Shown here: positions 1-12,276 of the stretch, in pieces | Layout: each line of letters begins with the position of its first letter | Position numbering within the stretch: position 1 is the stretch's first letter | From: Octopus vulgaris | Lineage: Eukaryota | Reading direction: 5' to 3' | DNA length: 64,000 nucleotides | Assembly: GCA_951406725.2 (NCBI GenBank) | Contig: OX597815.1 | Coordinates: 139,624,001-139,688,000 of the forward strand | Notes under the pieces: generated by a model | Database searches by the model: none | Seen by the model: the letters and a program-made list of their open reading frames with translations, nothing else | Told to the model about the DNA's origin: nothing | Translations under genes and position numbers: made by a program

Positions 1-863
1 TGTGATAAAACCTAATTAATCATGTTAGCTTTCTTCGATATTTATTCCATTTATCGCAAATACAGAGTACCTATCAACAGGAGTTAGTAAGTACTTATTA
101 ACATGAGTTTATATTATAATCGCTTTCTCTTTTTTCTTCTCTCCCTCTTTCTCTCCTTCACTCTTTCTCTCTGCTAGATAAGTTATTCATATCTTCATGT
201 TAAACCACCCAACAATTTCTCCTCTCTGTGCTGACTTCTAAGAGTTTTATGTAGAATGAAATGCTCTTGTTAATTCGTACTCCAAAACTCAGTTTCCATT
301 CCTTCTTAAATTACTTCAAAGAAATACTAATCAATCTTCCTAACTTATTTTCTTCATTCTCTGTTATTCCTGATATTAAATCCAACGTGGACTGGTGAGA
401 GGAAAATATTCTGGTGTATTCTCAAAGAGAAGCAGTGACAGTATAAGGATGAGCTGTAGCTAGTAGAGGTTACGTATTTTCAGATGAATAGTATAAATGA
501 GTCTAGGAAGATCAATAAGATCAAGGAAAGATAGAAAGATACGATGGACCAGTGTTTTGTCCATAAGGGGAATATATGAGCCATGGAAACCGGGAAACCG
601 GCCCTTTGAGTCGATGACTCGAGAAGGAACATTACTACTTTACTAAAAACACACGCTGTTAAGTTTACCTTATATCTTTATTTAGTCTAAAGGTGTGAAC
701 ATATTTTATATACATGGTATAATACGCACAAACATGTACAAAGCCACCAGACAACCGGAAACAAAAGACAATGAGAAAGACAGATACCGTCCTAAATCCC
801 ATTTCAGCCACGGAAGCAAATGCAAACCCGGATCAGGTAACCTCCACACCTAAACATTGGATC

Positions 864-1348
864 CAACAAGTCCTTGGTACTGTGGAGTCACTGGAAGTTC
901 CTCTCTCCGATGATACCCCAGAGATAACAGTCAAGGATGATTGCGTCAGGACCGCTAGGACCAACATGATGCTGCGGCCACATGATCACAAGAGATTTCT
1001 GGATCTTGTAGGCCAGGAACTATCCGCTCCTCACCAAGGAGAACTTGTACCTAATGTGTTTGTGTAGCAGTCTTCACCCTTTTGAGCTGTTCTGTGATGA
1101 CCCCCGTCGATACGTTGCAGTTGTCATTGATGTTCTGGACCTGCTAGGCGGTCCAGAACATCAACGTCTGACTTTTGAAAATGTTCCATGCTCTTGGCCA
1201 CGGATAATACATCTTTTACAGAAGATTCCAGCTCTTTCCCAATCCGGAACACAAAGGGCCGGGCCCCTTTCGAGAAGCTGACAAAATTTAAGTCACTTAG
1301 GTGAGCAGCTAGAGAGACACAAAAAATGGCGTGCGAGTTCATTTCCGG
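864..1348 (-). mobile_element. Internally deleted Tc1/mariner (DD37D/maT-like) remnant
   Basis: Minus-strand translation with stops gives QVQNINDN, HIRYKFSLVRSG*FL and SGPDAIILDCYLWGIIGERNFQ*LHSTKDLL, resembling the DIRYKSY and SPDLNPLDYYVWG motifs of this transposase family. A possible degenerate TIR lies near 1322-1348. Confidence 0.6.
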
Positions 1349-1565
1349 TAGAAAATTGGAATTTTTTACGTTGATGTCTGTCGGTAAGCTTAAAAGACTA
1401 ATGACAAAGTTAAAATTTGGTGGATGATACGTAAGTTAGGCACTTTTCCATTTATGACCTGCTGAATCTTGCTCACAAATACTTAGCGCATTCTTTCTAG
1501 CCCCATCTCTCTGTCTCTTTCTATTTCTGTCTCTCTCTCTCTGTTTCTCTCTGTCTGTCTGTCTG

Positions 1566-1602
<37 letters not shown>

Positions 1603-1624
1603 ATATATATATATATATATATAT

Positions 1625-2436
1625 GTATAAGGGTGAAAAGGAACACACGAGTTGATATATATGAAAAAACAAGTAAAAAATAGAAAATGCTAAAATAATT
1701 TTATAGTGAACATTTCAGTACCGGTTTCGGTCATTTTGAGACCTTTTCAACTGTAACGATTAAATAATTAAATTTAGAAAAATTAGAAGAAAAGTTTTTT
1801 AAAACAATATTTCTATAGTAGTGTTCAGATTTAAGTGGCATTCTGCCTTTCTCTGACTCCCTTGTTTGCACTTGTGTGTTCGAGGTAGTTGTGAGTTCTT
1901 GGTAGGGTAGTAGAGGGAAGGCTGGTGAGGAAAGGGGGGTGGGAGAATCTGGGAGTGCCCAGTGGCGGCTGGCAGTCTCAGTTCAATTCAGGAGAATATT
2001 TATATCGACAGGCTTGTTTATAGAATTAGCGTAGGTGTTATACTAAAAAACATTAGTGACAAACTTAAGGGGTAGGGGGTGGAGAAGAAGAAGAAGAAGA
2101 AGAAGAAGAAGAAGAAGAAGAAGAAGGAGAAGGAGAAGGAGAAGATGATGGTGATGGTGGTGATGATTATGACGACGATGATGATGATAACGATGATGAT
2201 GAAGAAGAAGAAGAAGAAGAAGGAGGAGAAGGAGAAGAGAAAGGCAGAATGCCACTTAAATCTGAACACTACTATAGAAATATTGTTTTAAAAAAACTTT
2301 TCTTCTAATTTTTCTAAATTTAATTATTTAATCGTTACAGTTGAAAAGGTCTCAAAATGACCGAAACCGGTACTGAAATGTTCACTATAAAATTATTTTA
2401 GCATTTTCTATTTTTTACTTGTTTTTTCATATATAT
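1625..2436 (-). mobile_element. Truncated Penelope-like element with inverted pseudo-LTR pair
   Basis: 1655-1854 is the reverse complement of 2236-2436 apart from one homopolymer indel. The spacer reads KYSPELN* on the minus strand, like a PLE GIY-YIG C-terminus. Each arm carries an HHR-like motif and the element is flanked by (TA)n. Confidence 0.75.
2335..2378 (+). ncRNA. Minimal type I hammerhead ribozyme, U3-A8 variant (mirror copy 1713-1756 on minus)
   Basis: CAG-TTGAAAA-GGTC-tcaaaat-GACC-GAAA-CCGG-TA-CTG: stem I CAG/CTG, stem II GGTC/GACC, palindromic stem III ACCGGT, GUA cleavage triplet. Confidence 0.7.
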
Positions 2437-2457
2437 ATATATATATACATACATACA

Positions 2458-2489
<32 letters not shown>

Positions 2490-3611
2490 AAATGAGAACG
2501 AGAGACACTCACACACATACATATATACTATATCCAAAGAGAGGGCGAGGAAGAGAGGGAGGGAGAGAAAATGGGAAAGAGAGACAAATAGACATAGAGA
2601 AGAAACTTTATCAATTGATAGTGAATTCATTTGAGAACAACGTATTTTCTTTTGCTTCTGGTGTATTTATATTAACATTATTTAGAAAACAATTCATCAT
2701 CATCATCATCATCATCTTCTTCTTCCTCTTCATCTTCTTCCTCCTATTCTTCTTCTTCTTCTTCTTCTACTTCATTTTCTTTTTCGTCTACTTCTTTTTC
2801 TTCTATATCTACTTCTTCCTATTATTTTTGATGTTGCTTGCGATAGACATGTCTTTTAGGAGCTGCGTGCGATTTGAAAAAATTATCGGATTACTTTTAG
2901 AAATGTTGTTTTTTGTTTCTGTGTATTGTGAACCTGTTATGGAGAGGGGGGAGAAGTTTCTTTCGTGGTTTCTATCAGTTTTTTTAAGTCAGACTATTTG
3001 AAAAAAAAAAAAAAATGTAAGCATGGCATCCACTGTGGCAGCGGTGGGATACGCCACTGTAAGTTTAACACACATCAAAAAATAAGATAAGTAGAAGACA
3101 ATTAAGCATGCTAACACAGTCATTTATACTTTGAAGAAAAGTACACAGAAAAAACACAATTCCACAAACGAATACATTTGTAAACACAGATGTTGGTAAT
3201 AGCTAAAATTTTCACAACGCAAACAGTATCAAGGCAAGCTTTCTATTGTTACTAACCAGAGAATGGCATTAAGCAAGAGCTGTACCTCCAAAAGTTAAGA
3301 ATCTGGGAAAGGTGGATGATACTACCAAAGGAAAGTTAAGAGAGAAATGATGACGGATGATGCATAAATCATTAAGTAAGGCAGTTTTCCCTTTATGACT
3401 CGCTGAACCTTGCTCACTAATAAACACTTAGCGCATCCGTTTGCGTCTCGAAAATTGGGAGGTCTTTCGATATGCTCTTAAGGAAGCAATAAAAGGAAGC
3501 TGACAGATGTGATTTCCATTGACCGCAGCTGGTTTTCAAAACTGGGAATGGGAAAGAAAGCAGGCAGAGTTGTTGATGCGTCGTATGTCTCCCCAGACTA
3601 GATTTACAATA

Positions 3612-4012
3612 ATGGTTTCAAATGTTGGCACAAGGCCAGTAATTTTAGGGGAAGGAGTTCAGTCGATTACATCAACTCCAGTGCACGACTGATACTTATT
3701 TTATCGACCTCGAAATGATGAAGGGCAAAGTCGACCACGGCAGAAATTGAACTCAGAACGTAACGTGAGAAGAAATGCCACTATGCATTTTCTCCGGTCA
3801 GTTTGCCTCCAGTTGTATAATAATCATTTCTACTAAAGGCACAAGGCCTGAATTTTTGGGAAAGGTGTCTAGTCGATAACATCAACCCCAGTGTTTCTCT
3901 GGTACTTAATTTGACCCCGAAAGGATGAAAGGCAAGGTCGACCATGGTAGAACTTGAATTGAGAACGTAGCAACGGACGAAATGTCGCTAAGTATTTTGT
4001 CTGGCGTGCTGA
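3612..4012 (-). mobile_element. Two adjacent family B tRNA-derived SINE copies (Meta-domain-like core)
   Basis: Each carries the reverse complement of the GGTCGACTTTGCCTTTCATC...TAAGTACCAG core shared with 22409, 38243, 46174, 57668, 60185 and 61406. Confidence 0.75.
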
Positions 4013-4017
4013 CGACC

Positions 4018-4084
4018 AATAGCCTTGCCTCGACCAAAGCTTTGTGGGTTGATTTCGTAGACGAAAACTGAAAGAAGCCCATCG

Positions 4085-4116
<32 letters not shown>

Positions 4117-4123
4117 CACACAC

Positions 4124-4177
<54 letters not shown>

Positions 4178-4365
4178 CTGTGTTTGTGCCCCCCACCACC
4201 ACCACCACCATCGCGTTGTGTTTACATCCCCGTAACTTAGCGGTTCGGCAAAATAGACCTTAGCATAAGTACTAAACTTACGACGAATAAATCCTGGGGT
4301 CAATTTCGTTCGACTAAAGGCGGTGCTCCAACATAGCCGCAGTCAAATGACTGAAACAAGTAAGA
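4018..4365 (+). mobile_element. Family A SINE, 5'-truncated, with internal (TA)n(TG)n
   Basis: GAAACTGAAAGAAGCCC, then microsatellite, then CCCCGTAACTTAGCGGTTCGGC...GCCGCAGTCAAATGACTGAAACAAG, as in the other family A copies. Confidence 0.85.
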
Positions 4366-4384
4366 GCGGTCTCTTCTTGTGAAA

Positions 4385-4643
4385 CCAGTAACTTACGGGG
4401 ATGTAAATAAACCAACAGCAGTTATCAAGCTGTGATAAAACACAAAACACACACATACACTTACATATATACATATATATATACGGTTGACTTCTTTCAG
4501 TTTCTGTCTACCAAATCTACTCACAAGGCTGTGGCTGGTCTGAAGCTACAGAAAAAAGACACATGTCAAATTACACAGTTGGACTGAACCCAGGACCATG
4601 TGCTTTGGAGTTAAGTTTCTTTCCATGCAGCCACATCTGCACC
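4385..4643 (-). mobile_element. Family A SINE, diverged, inverted relative to the preceding copy
   Basis: Reverse complement of the family A head and body (CTTTCAGTTTCTGTCTACCAAATC, GTAACTTACGGGGATGTAAA). Confidence 0.75.
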
Positions 4644-4709
<66 letters not shown>

Positions 4710-4950
4710 TGTGTATGTATGTCTATGTATATATGTATGTATATGTCTATTCATATGTATATGTATAAATATATGTATGCATGTTTATATTTATATAGAG
4801 AGAGGTTGTATATATATATATATATATATACATCTATATATATACATATATTTACAAGCATATTACACTTATATATACACATATACATGTATAGATATAT
4901 TTATATATACATATATACATGTATAAACATATAAATATATATATATATAC

Positions 4951-5032
<82 letters not shown>

Positions 5033-5098
5033 ATATATATACACATATAAATATACATCTCTACATATACATGTATACTATACATCTATACATATACA

Positions 5099-5143
<45 letters not shown>

Positions 5144-5199
5144 TTCTGCAGATGTATATATATATATATATACATTATATATGTATGTATGTATGTGAG

Positions 5200-5420
5200 A
5201 TAGTAGTTTCACTTTAATAGTTTCAGTATTAATAGTGAAACTGTTAAACTGAATGTATTTCACATTACAATAGAGAAATGTTATTGTTTCACTTTTGACA
5301 CGTAATACTGAAATAGGGAAGAGATTGCTTTGGGCTCGTATTAGGCAAAAAGTTGAAAATTTGAATGCAGTCGGTTGTGTAGTTCAGACAGACACACATT
5401 CTCATCTTTATATATATAGA
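5200..5420 (-). mobile_element. Non-autonomous Helitron-like 5' fragment
   Basis: Reverse complement begins TCTATATATATAAAGATGAGAATGTGTGTCTGTCTG, matching 52173 and resembling the TC-start of 61910. Confidence 0.5.
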
Positions 5421-5426
5421 TATATA

Positions 5427-8023
5427 CAGAGTGTCGTGAATAAATAGTCGTCTAAATTACACAAAAACGAAAATAACACCGACATCTCATATTAACATAT
5501 ATTTACCAAAATTACATAAAAGTATCTTGAAATACTAAAGAGTGAATATATTCAATAAAATCGCCATTGGCTTCAACCACGGCCTCCAGACGACTTCGGA
5601 ATCTGTTGCAACTCTTCTGGACGGTCTCTTTGCTTAACAACCAGATTGCAACGTTGGTAGACTCAGCAGGCGTATCGATTGAGGACCCTTATCAACAGAG
5701 TCAATTATTTGCCGAGACTTTTTCAACTATTTTCAAACAAGATGATGGTCGTGAACCCCCTCCATTTGATAGATCGGTACCTCCAATGCTTCGATTGGTC
5801 ATCACGCGGGACGAAGTCAAACGTGTTATTCAAGGCCTCGATGTCAACAAGGGTCACGGCCCTGACGGTATACACCCACGGGTTATCAAAGCGTTGGCTC
5901 CGGTCATCTGCGAGCCCTTAACACGTCTATTCAATATGTCATTGGCGACGGGTGTTATACCTGCAGACTGGAGAACAGCGATAATCTGCCCAATTTTCAA
6001 GAAAGGGAGCCGCGAAGACCCGCTTAACTACTGACCGGTTTCCCTTACATCAATAATCAGCAAGATGTTCGAAACCATCCTTAAGAAAAGTATGATGCTC
6101 CACCTCCAAAACACAGCCTCTATCTCTGATTCCCAACACGGCTCCGTGCTGAAGAGATCATGCTTGACCAACTTACTGGTAATGGAAGAATTGGTGACGC
6201 GCATCCTCGATGATAGTGATGCTGTTGACATCGTTTTATTGGACTTTGCCAAAGCTTTTGACTCGGTAAACCACCGCCTATTACTTGTCAAGCTTCAAGC
6301 ATATAGTTTCCATCCGGATATTGTACAATGGGTTGGTGCCTTCCTCTCAGATCGCTCCTTCCAAATCCAAGTTAATGGTTCGCGGTCCGACGTCTCCAGT
6401 GCGAGCAGTGGCGTGCCTCAAGGTTCAGTGCTTGGGCCCTTATTGTTCTTAGTCTTCATAAATGACTTGCCCGACGACCTCACGCAACACACCCTTCTAT
6501 TTGCCGACGATGTCAAACTGGTCGCTCCTCGCGGTGATATAGAGGATCTTCGTCGATGCTTCCACCAAATTTGGAAGTGGTCTAACGATTGGGACCTGTG
6601 TCTGAACGTGTCAAAGTGCTGTCATCTGCCTGTCGGCTCTACTCCTGCAACTCAACTTGATTTCGAGCCGGGTCGTCTGCTGCTGGAGAGGACCGATCAG
6701 GTAAAGGACCTGGGTATCTTGGTGGGTTGCTCCTTTTCGCCTTCGGCCCAGTGCCTTCCATGCTGCCAACAAAGCACGCGGAATTCTGTTCTTGATTCGA
6801 CGGTCATTCGGAATGCTCGCAGCAGCCATATTCCTACCACTCTATGTCACGCTGGTGAGACCCATATTGGAGTACGGGATTCAAGCCTCTTCTCCTTATC
6901 TCCTCAAAGACATACAGCATATCGAAAGAGTCCAGAAGCTGGCTACCCGCATGGTTCATGGTCTCAAAAATTTGTCCTATGAAGAAAGGCTGAGGACGCT
7001 CGACCTTTATTCTCTAGAAAAACGCCGCCGCCGTGGTGATCTCATTCTCGCCCACAACATCATAAGCGGAAAGTGTAACCTCTCAAAAGAGCTGTTCTTC
7101 ACTCCTGCTCCAGAGCGTCGGCTGCGGGGTCATTCCGAAAAGCTCTACCTGCGACGATTTCATCTCAATCGAAGGAGAGGAGCTTTCTCCGTCCGGGTTG
7201 CGGATCCGTGGAACAAGCTGCCAGACGAGATGGTGAAGATGCCGACGACCGCTTTGTTCAAAGCCTCCCTTGACCTCAAGTGGCCTGAACTCTTTACATG
7301 AACACCACCCTGTACTTAACTCCATGTCCCCCTACATGGCCTTGCCATTTGCTTTTGAGCCAAATTAACTAACTAACTAACTAAGTTAGTGAATGCTGCC
7401 ATAATCCTTACCCTCAGTTCATTTTTGGTGTTACAAGGAGTTTTGTTGGTCTGTCACTAGCTGCACCCCAAACATAATAATCAAGGGGATTGCAGTCTAT
7501 GGAGTTCGGTGGCCAGATTATAGGGATGAAGTGGTCGCAGAAATTGTCTGACAGCCATCACAGGGTTCTCCTGCTTGTGTGGCATGTTGCAGAGTTAAGT
7601 CCTGTTGCCAGACATAGGATCTTCCTGCAGCCACCCTCTTGAACCAGGACAGCACTACTTCCTTCAGGCACTTGATGTAGGCTTCCGTGTTGAGTCTGAG
7701 GCATAACGTCACCATTACTAGTGATCACACCAGACACCATGATGTTGACTGGATGTTTGATTGTCATCACTCTCAGTACATGTCCTCAGATTGCACTGTT
7801 CTCAGATTGACTCTCAAACACTGAAACACTGAGCTTCCAGAGCGAATGTCAGGCAGTACAGCATGTCGTTTCCAAATTTCTGGCAGATTGAATTGCATCA
7901 TGGTGCTTTTCTTCTCACGGACGGTGCCCAACTGACCCTACTATACTATGCTATCAAAAAGAAACAATGCACATGTGCGAAATTAACATTATAAAATGGC
8001 GACAATTTACCCATCGCATCCTG
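5427..8023 (-). mobile_element. Tc1/mariner DD37D/maT-like transposon, decayed, interrupted by a LINE at 5638-7384
   Basis: Degenerate TIRs (CAGAGTGTCGTGAATAAATAGTCG and CGACAATTTACCCATCGCATCCTG), TA on the left flank. Minus-strand peptides KHPVNIMVSGVITSNGDVM, RSYVWQQD and WPPNSIDCNPLDYYVWG. The C-terminus resumes left of the LINE. Confidence 0.85.
5638..7384 (+). mobile_element. 5'-truncated CR1-group LINE; ORF2 reverse transcriptase pseudogene (one stop at 6032-6034, one frameshift near 6755)
   Basis: GPDGIHPRVIK, NY*PVSLTS, DFAKAFDSVNH, GVPQGSVLGPLLF, LLFADDVKL, LVRPILEY and WNKLP motifs; stop at 7301; short 3' UTR; (AACT)n tail. Confidence 0.95.
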
Positions 8024-8036
8024 TGTATACATACAC

Positions 8037-8114
<78 letters not shown>

Positions 8115-8435
8115 TCACATATATGACGGTCTTTTCCTCTCTCCGTCTAAAAAATTCGCTCACAAGGCATTAGTGAATCGAGGCTATAGTTGCAGAAACT
8201 TGCCCAACTATACACTGAACACGGAACTATGTGGTTGAGACGGAAACTTCTTGAAGGAGTTGGGTTCCGATTAGAGGCATGCGAAACTCGAAGTAGTACG
8301 GAACCAAATCAAACTGTTTTAATTAATGGTGCATGCACCTCCTACAAAACGTGTTGAGTACCCTTTTCTTTCGTTTGTCCATTCACTCGTACATACACAC
8401 ACACACATACACATACATACATATATATATATATT

Positions 8436-8590
8436 TAAAAAAGGAGATGTGGAACACGAGTTGTGATATATAAAAAAGGGAATGAAGAAAATGCTGACAA
8501 AATAATTTAAGTAATTTAAGTAATTTAATTAGGTGAAAGTTCTTTTTACCGGTTGCGCATTTGTTATGCTTATCAAAAGTTTTATCCTCT
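8436..8590 (-). mobile_element. PLE pseudo-LTR fragment related to 1625-1760, with degenerate U3-A8 HHR (8542-8579)
   Basis: Shares GGAACAC..GAGTTG..ATATAT with 1640-1660. Minus strand reads TTGATAA-GCAT-aacaa-ATGC-GCAA-CCGGTA. Flanked by (TA)n. Confidence 0.55.
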
Positions 8591-9301
8591 TATATATATA
8601 TATATATATATGCATGTGTTTATACATCCGTACATACATGCATATATACATACACACACACCCATAACGTATGTACATGTGTCCATAGTATATGTATGTA
8701 CGTGTATTGTGCGTATGCTGTGTGAGTATGTGAGTGTGTGTGTATGTGTGTATGTGTGTGCATGTGTGCGTAAGTGTGTGTGTGTATCTGTCTGTCTGCC
8801 TGTCTGTTTGAGCCGCTGTGTCCGTGCGTTGTACCTTGAAAGGATCATTTTGCAAGACAAAAGCATTGTTTATGTTTCACTAACAGTAATATCAGTCAGC
8901 TAATTAATTAATTGAATAATTAAGGGCTTGATCAATCGTTTGACTAATCAATCGGTTGACTCGTCTAAAGAAAAATTTAGAAAGGTCATTTTGTGGCAGA
9001 ACTAGAGCAGATGAGGGCACGACAGTGATAAAGTCACAGGTTGCGACGAAAGCACTTTCGCAAACCAACCGAATGATAAGATCAAACAATTGATAAAACT
9101 ATTGATTAGTTAATTAGTTAGCTATTTCACTGAAGATGCTAAAAAGAAATCAAATATTACCAGCTCATCTGCTTTATTTGTTTTATTTTATTTCGCAAAA
9201 TGACCCATGACCACCATAAGGTACAACAACATCATGCTTCAACATCCAATTTCTTGAATCTTGTAAAACATACACATGTATATACATATGTGCTTGTGTA
9301 C

Positions 9302-9339
<38 letters not shown>

Positions 9340-9510
9340 GTGTATATATTGTAATGGTTATTACAATATATAAAACAGGTATATATAAAACAGTTTACCG
9401 TTAAACTGAACGATATATATATACACATATATAGGTGTATATATTTATATGCTGGAGAGACTATAAGTATATTTACATATTTATTGTATGTAAGTTTATA
9501 TGCGCTTACA

Positions 9511-9550
<40 letters not shown>

Positions 9551-9667
9551 TCTACGTTTGTGTGTGTGTCTTTACATGTGCTTACGTGCGTGTACGTGTC
9601 AATGTGTGTTCATGTGCGACTGTGTGCGCATTGTCGCGTGAGTATATATTTGCGCGCGCGATATGTG

Positions 9668-10095
9668 CATACATGGCTGTGTAAGAAGCCTGCTTCCTAA
9701 CCACATTGTTCCGGTTTCAGTCCTACTATGTGGCACCTTATGCAACTGTCTTTCACTATAGCCTCGGGCCGACCAAAGCCTTGTGAGTGGATTTGAGAAC
9801 CGGAAATTTAATGAAGCTTGTCGTATATATTAGTGTGTGTCCGTGTGTGTGTGTATGTGTGTATGTATGTGTGTCTTAGTGTCTGTGTTTATCTACCAAC
9901 ACTTCTTGACAACAGGTGTTGGTGTGTTTACGTCCCCGTAATCAAGTGGTTCAGCAAAAGAAACCGATAGAATAAGTATTAGGTTTTAAAAAATAAGTCC
10001 TGAGGTCGATTTGTTGGGCTAACACCTATCAAAGCAGTGCCCCAGCATGGCCGCAGTCAAACGACTGAAACAAGTGTATAAAAGATAAAAGATAA
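9668..10095 (+). mobile_element. Family A tRNA-derived SINE
   Basis: tRNA-like head, CORE-like block, internal (TG)n, tail CCCCAGCATGGCCGCAGTCAAACGACTGAAAC followed by AAAGAT repeats. Confidence 0.85.
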
Positions 10096-11399
10096 TAGAT
10101 GGTATTGCCTATGTAATATATATGCACGTGTGTGTGCGTGTGTGTGTGTGTGCGTGTGTGTGTATGTGTGTGTGTATGTGTGTGTGTGTGTGTGCTGTAT
10201 ACAAAACAGTTAAAGCTAAATCGGTGGAACATCTTCGAGCTACACATCACTAAGCTGACAGTTGTTGAAATAAAGACTCCAGGCGACATTTGTGTGACCG
10301 AAAGTGAAGTTTACATCCCAAACGACCGATTTCTAATAATAAAACTTTCAATAAAACTGTTGTCTGCAAACTAAAAGGCCAACATTGATTTCTTTTATAG
10401 ATCTGGTCGTTTTGGTGATTTTATATCTTTGTTTTAATGCTACGATTGTTGTTATAGCTTAGTTGAGAATGTTGCAAACTGAAAGAAATGTAGAATAAAT
10501 GAGATAGGCAGTTACGATGAAAGAAACTACGTGTGTGGATTTAGACAGACAGACATTATAAATTATTGTTTTCACAAGCCTCTCATGACTGAATACACAA
10601 GTGAAGACCTGCAGGCTTTTTGAGGTAAATATAGAGGAATTTCAGCTGTTTTTGATGGATTTGGGGATATAATTCTAGCATCAAATTCATTTCACGTCTG
10701 CTTGTTCCTATATTGTTCGTACAAGAAACGTTAGACGTCTTCTTACCTACGATTTCAACATAATAAAATGTCTACCACAATAAAAATGCATGTGTATATA
10801 CGAATACAAACCCTCCTTCCCTTCTTTCCTGAGCGTCAAATAATACTTTAATTGTTCCACGTCCTCGCGTTGCTGTGTTTTTTTTCTGTTTTTTTTCTGT
10901 GTTTTCTTGTTTTGGATTAACCCTATATATATATACATGCATACACATACACATATGTTTTCATATATGTATTCGTATATACACACACACGCACACACAC
11001 ATACTATTAGTATGATTGCTATTTTTTATATTTATAGTTATTATATTTGGTGCCCAGTCGGTTACGACCAACGGAACAGCTTTATCATGAAATTAACGTG
11101 CTGGTGGTTTAGCACTCCACAGACACATGTACTCTTAACGTAGTTCTTAAGGAAATTCAGTATAACACAGATATTACTCATTTTTACCAGGTGAGTGGAC
11201 TGGAGCAACAATCCGCCGGCAATCAAACTCACAACCTAAGGATCGTGATCCGAATACACTAGCTATTAAACTACGCGCCTATATTTGCATATATATATTC
11301 TCTCCTGATGGCCCCCATAAATATGCTAGCATCCAATATGCAGAACTTTCAATAGCTAACACTTGCATCTACAAGTAGTTCGCAAAAACTCTATATATC

Positions 11400-11962
11400 T
11401 GGAGTGGCTGTGTGGTAAGAAGCTTGCATACCAGCCACATGGTTCCGGTTTCAGTCCCACAGCGTGGCACGTTGGTCATGTGTCTTTTACTATAGCCTCG
11501 GGCCGACCAAAGCCTTGTGAGTGGATTTGGTAGACGGAAACTGAAAGAAGCCTGTCGTATATGTGTGTGTGTGTGTGTTTGTGTGTATGTGTTTGTCCCC
11601 CCACCCAACATCGCTTGACAACCGATTCTGGTGTGCTTACGTCCCTGTAACTTAGCGGTTCGGCAAAATAGAGCGATAGGATAAGTACTAGGCTTACAGA
11701 GAATAAGTCCTGGGATCGATTTTCTCGATTTCCAGCAAGGTCGCAGTGAAATGACTGAAACAAATAAATGAATAAAAGAAAATATATATAAAGGTGCAGT
11801 TGTCGCTTTGTGGTAAGAAGCTTGCTTCCCAACCACATGGTTTGGTTCCGGGTTCAGTCCCACTGCGTAGCACCTTGGCAAGTGTCTTCTGCTATAGCCT
11901 CGGGCCGACCACAGCCTTTTGAGTGGATTTGGCAGACGGAAACTGCAAAGAAGCCCGTCGTG

Positions 11963-12027
<65 letters not shown>

Positions 12028-12225
12028 TTTTGTGTCTTTGTTTGTCCCCCACCATCGTTTGACAACCGATTTTGGTGTGTTTACTTCCCCGTAACATAGC
12101 GGTTCACCAATAAGAGACCAATAGAATAAGTACTAGGCTTACAAAGAATAAGTCCCGGAGTCGAATTGGTCGACTAAAGGTGTTGTTCCAACATGACCGC
12201 AGTCAAATGACTGAAACAAGTAAAT
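11400..12225 (+). mobile_element. Two tandem family A SINEs (11400-11780 and 11792-12225)
   Basis: Two complete head-core-microsatellite-tail units. Confidence 0.88.
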
Positions 12226-12276
12226 GATTATGTATGTGTATGTTTGTGTGTGTGTGTATAAAATACATTATACATA

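Noticed and set aside
771-1281. Protein-like ORFs 771-1067 and 1045-1281
   Set aside because: They are largely antisense shadows of the decayed transposase on the minus strand.
1321-1350. YY1-like AAAATGGCG and ETS-like TTCCGG promoter motifs
   Set aside because: The same AAAATGGCG lies at the mariner terminus at 7993-8001, so it is more likely a TIR remnant.
5567-6034. 155-aa ORF
   Set aside because: Chance fusion of antisense mariner sequence to the truncated LINE frame.
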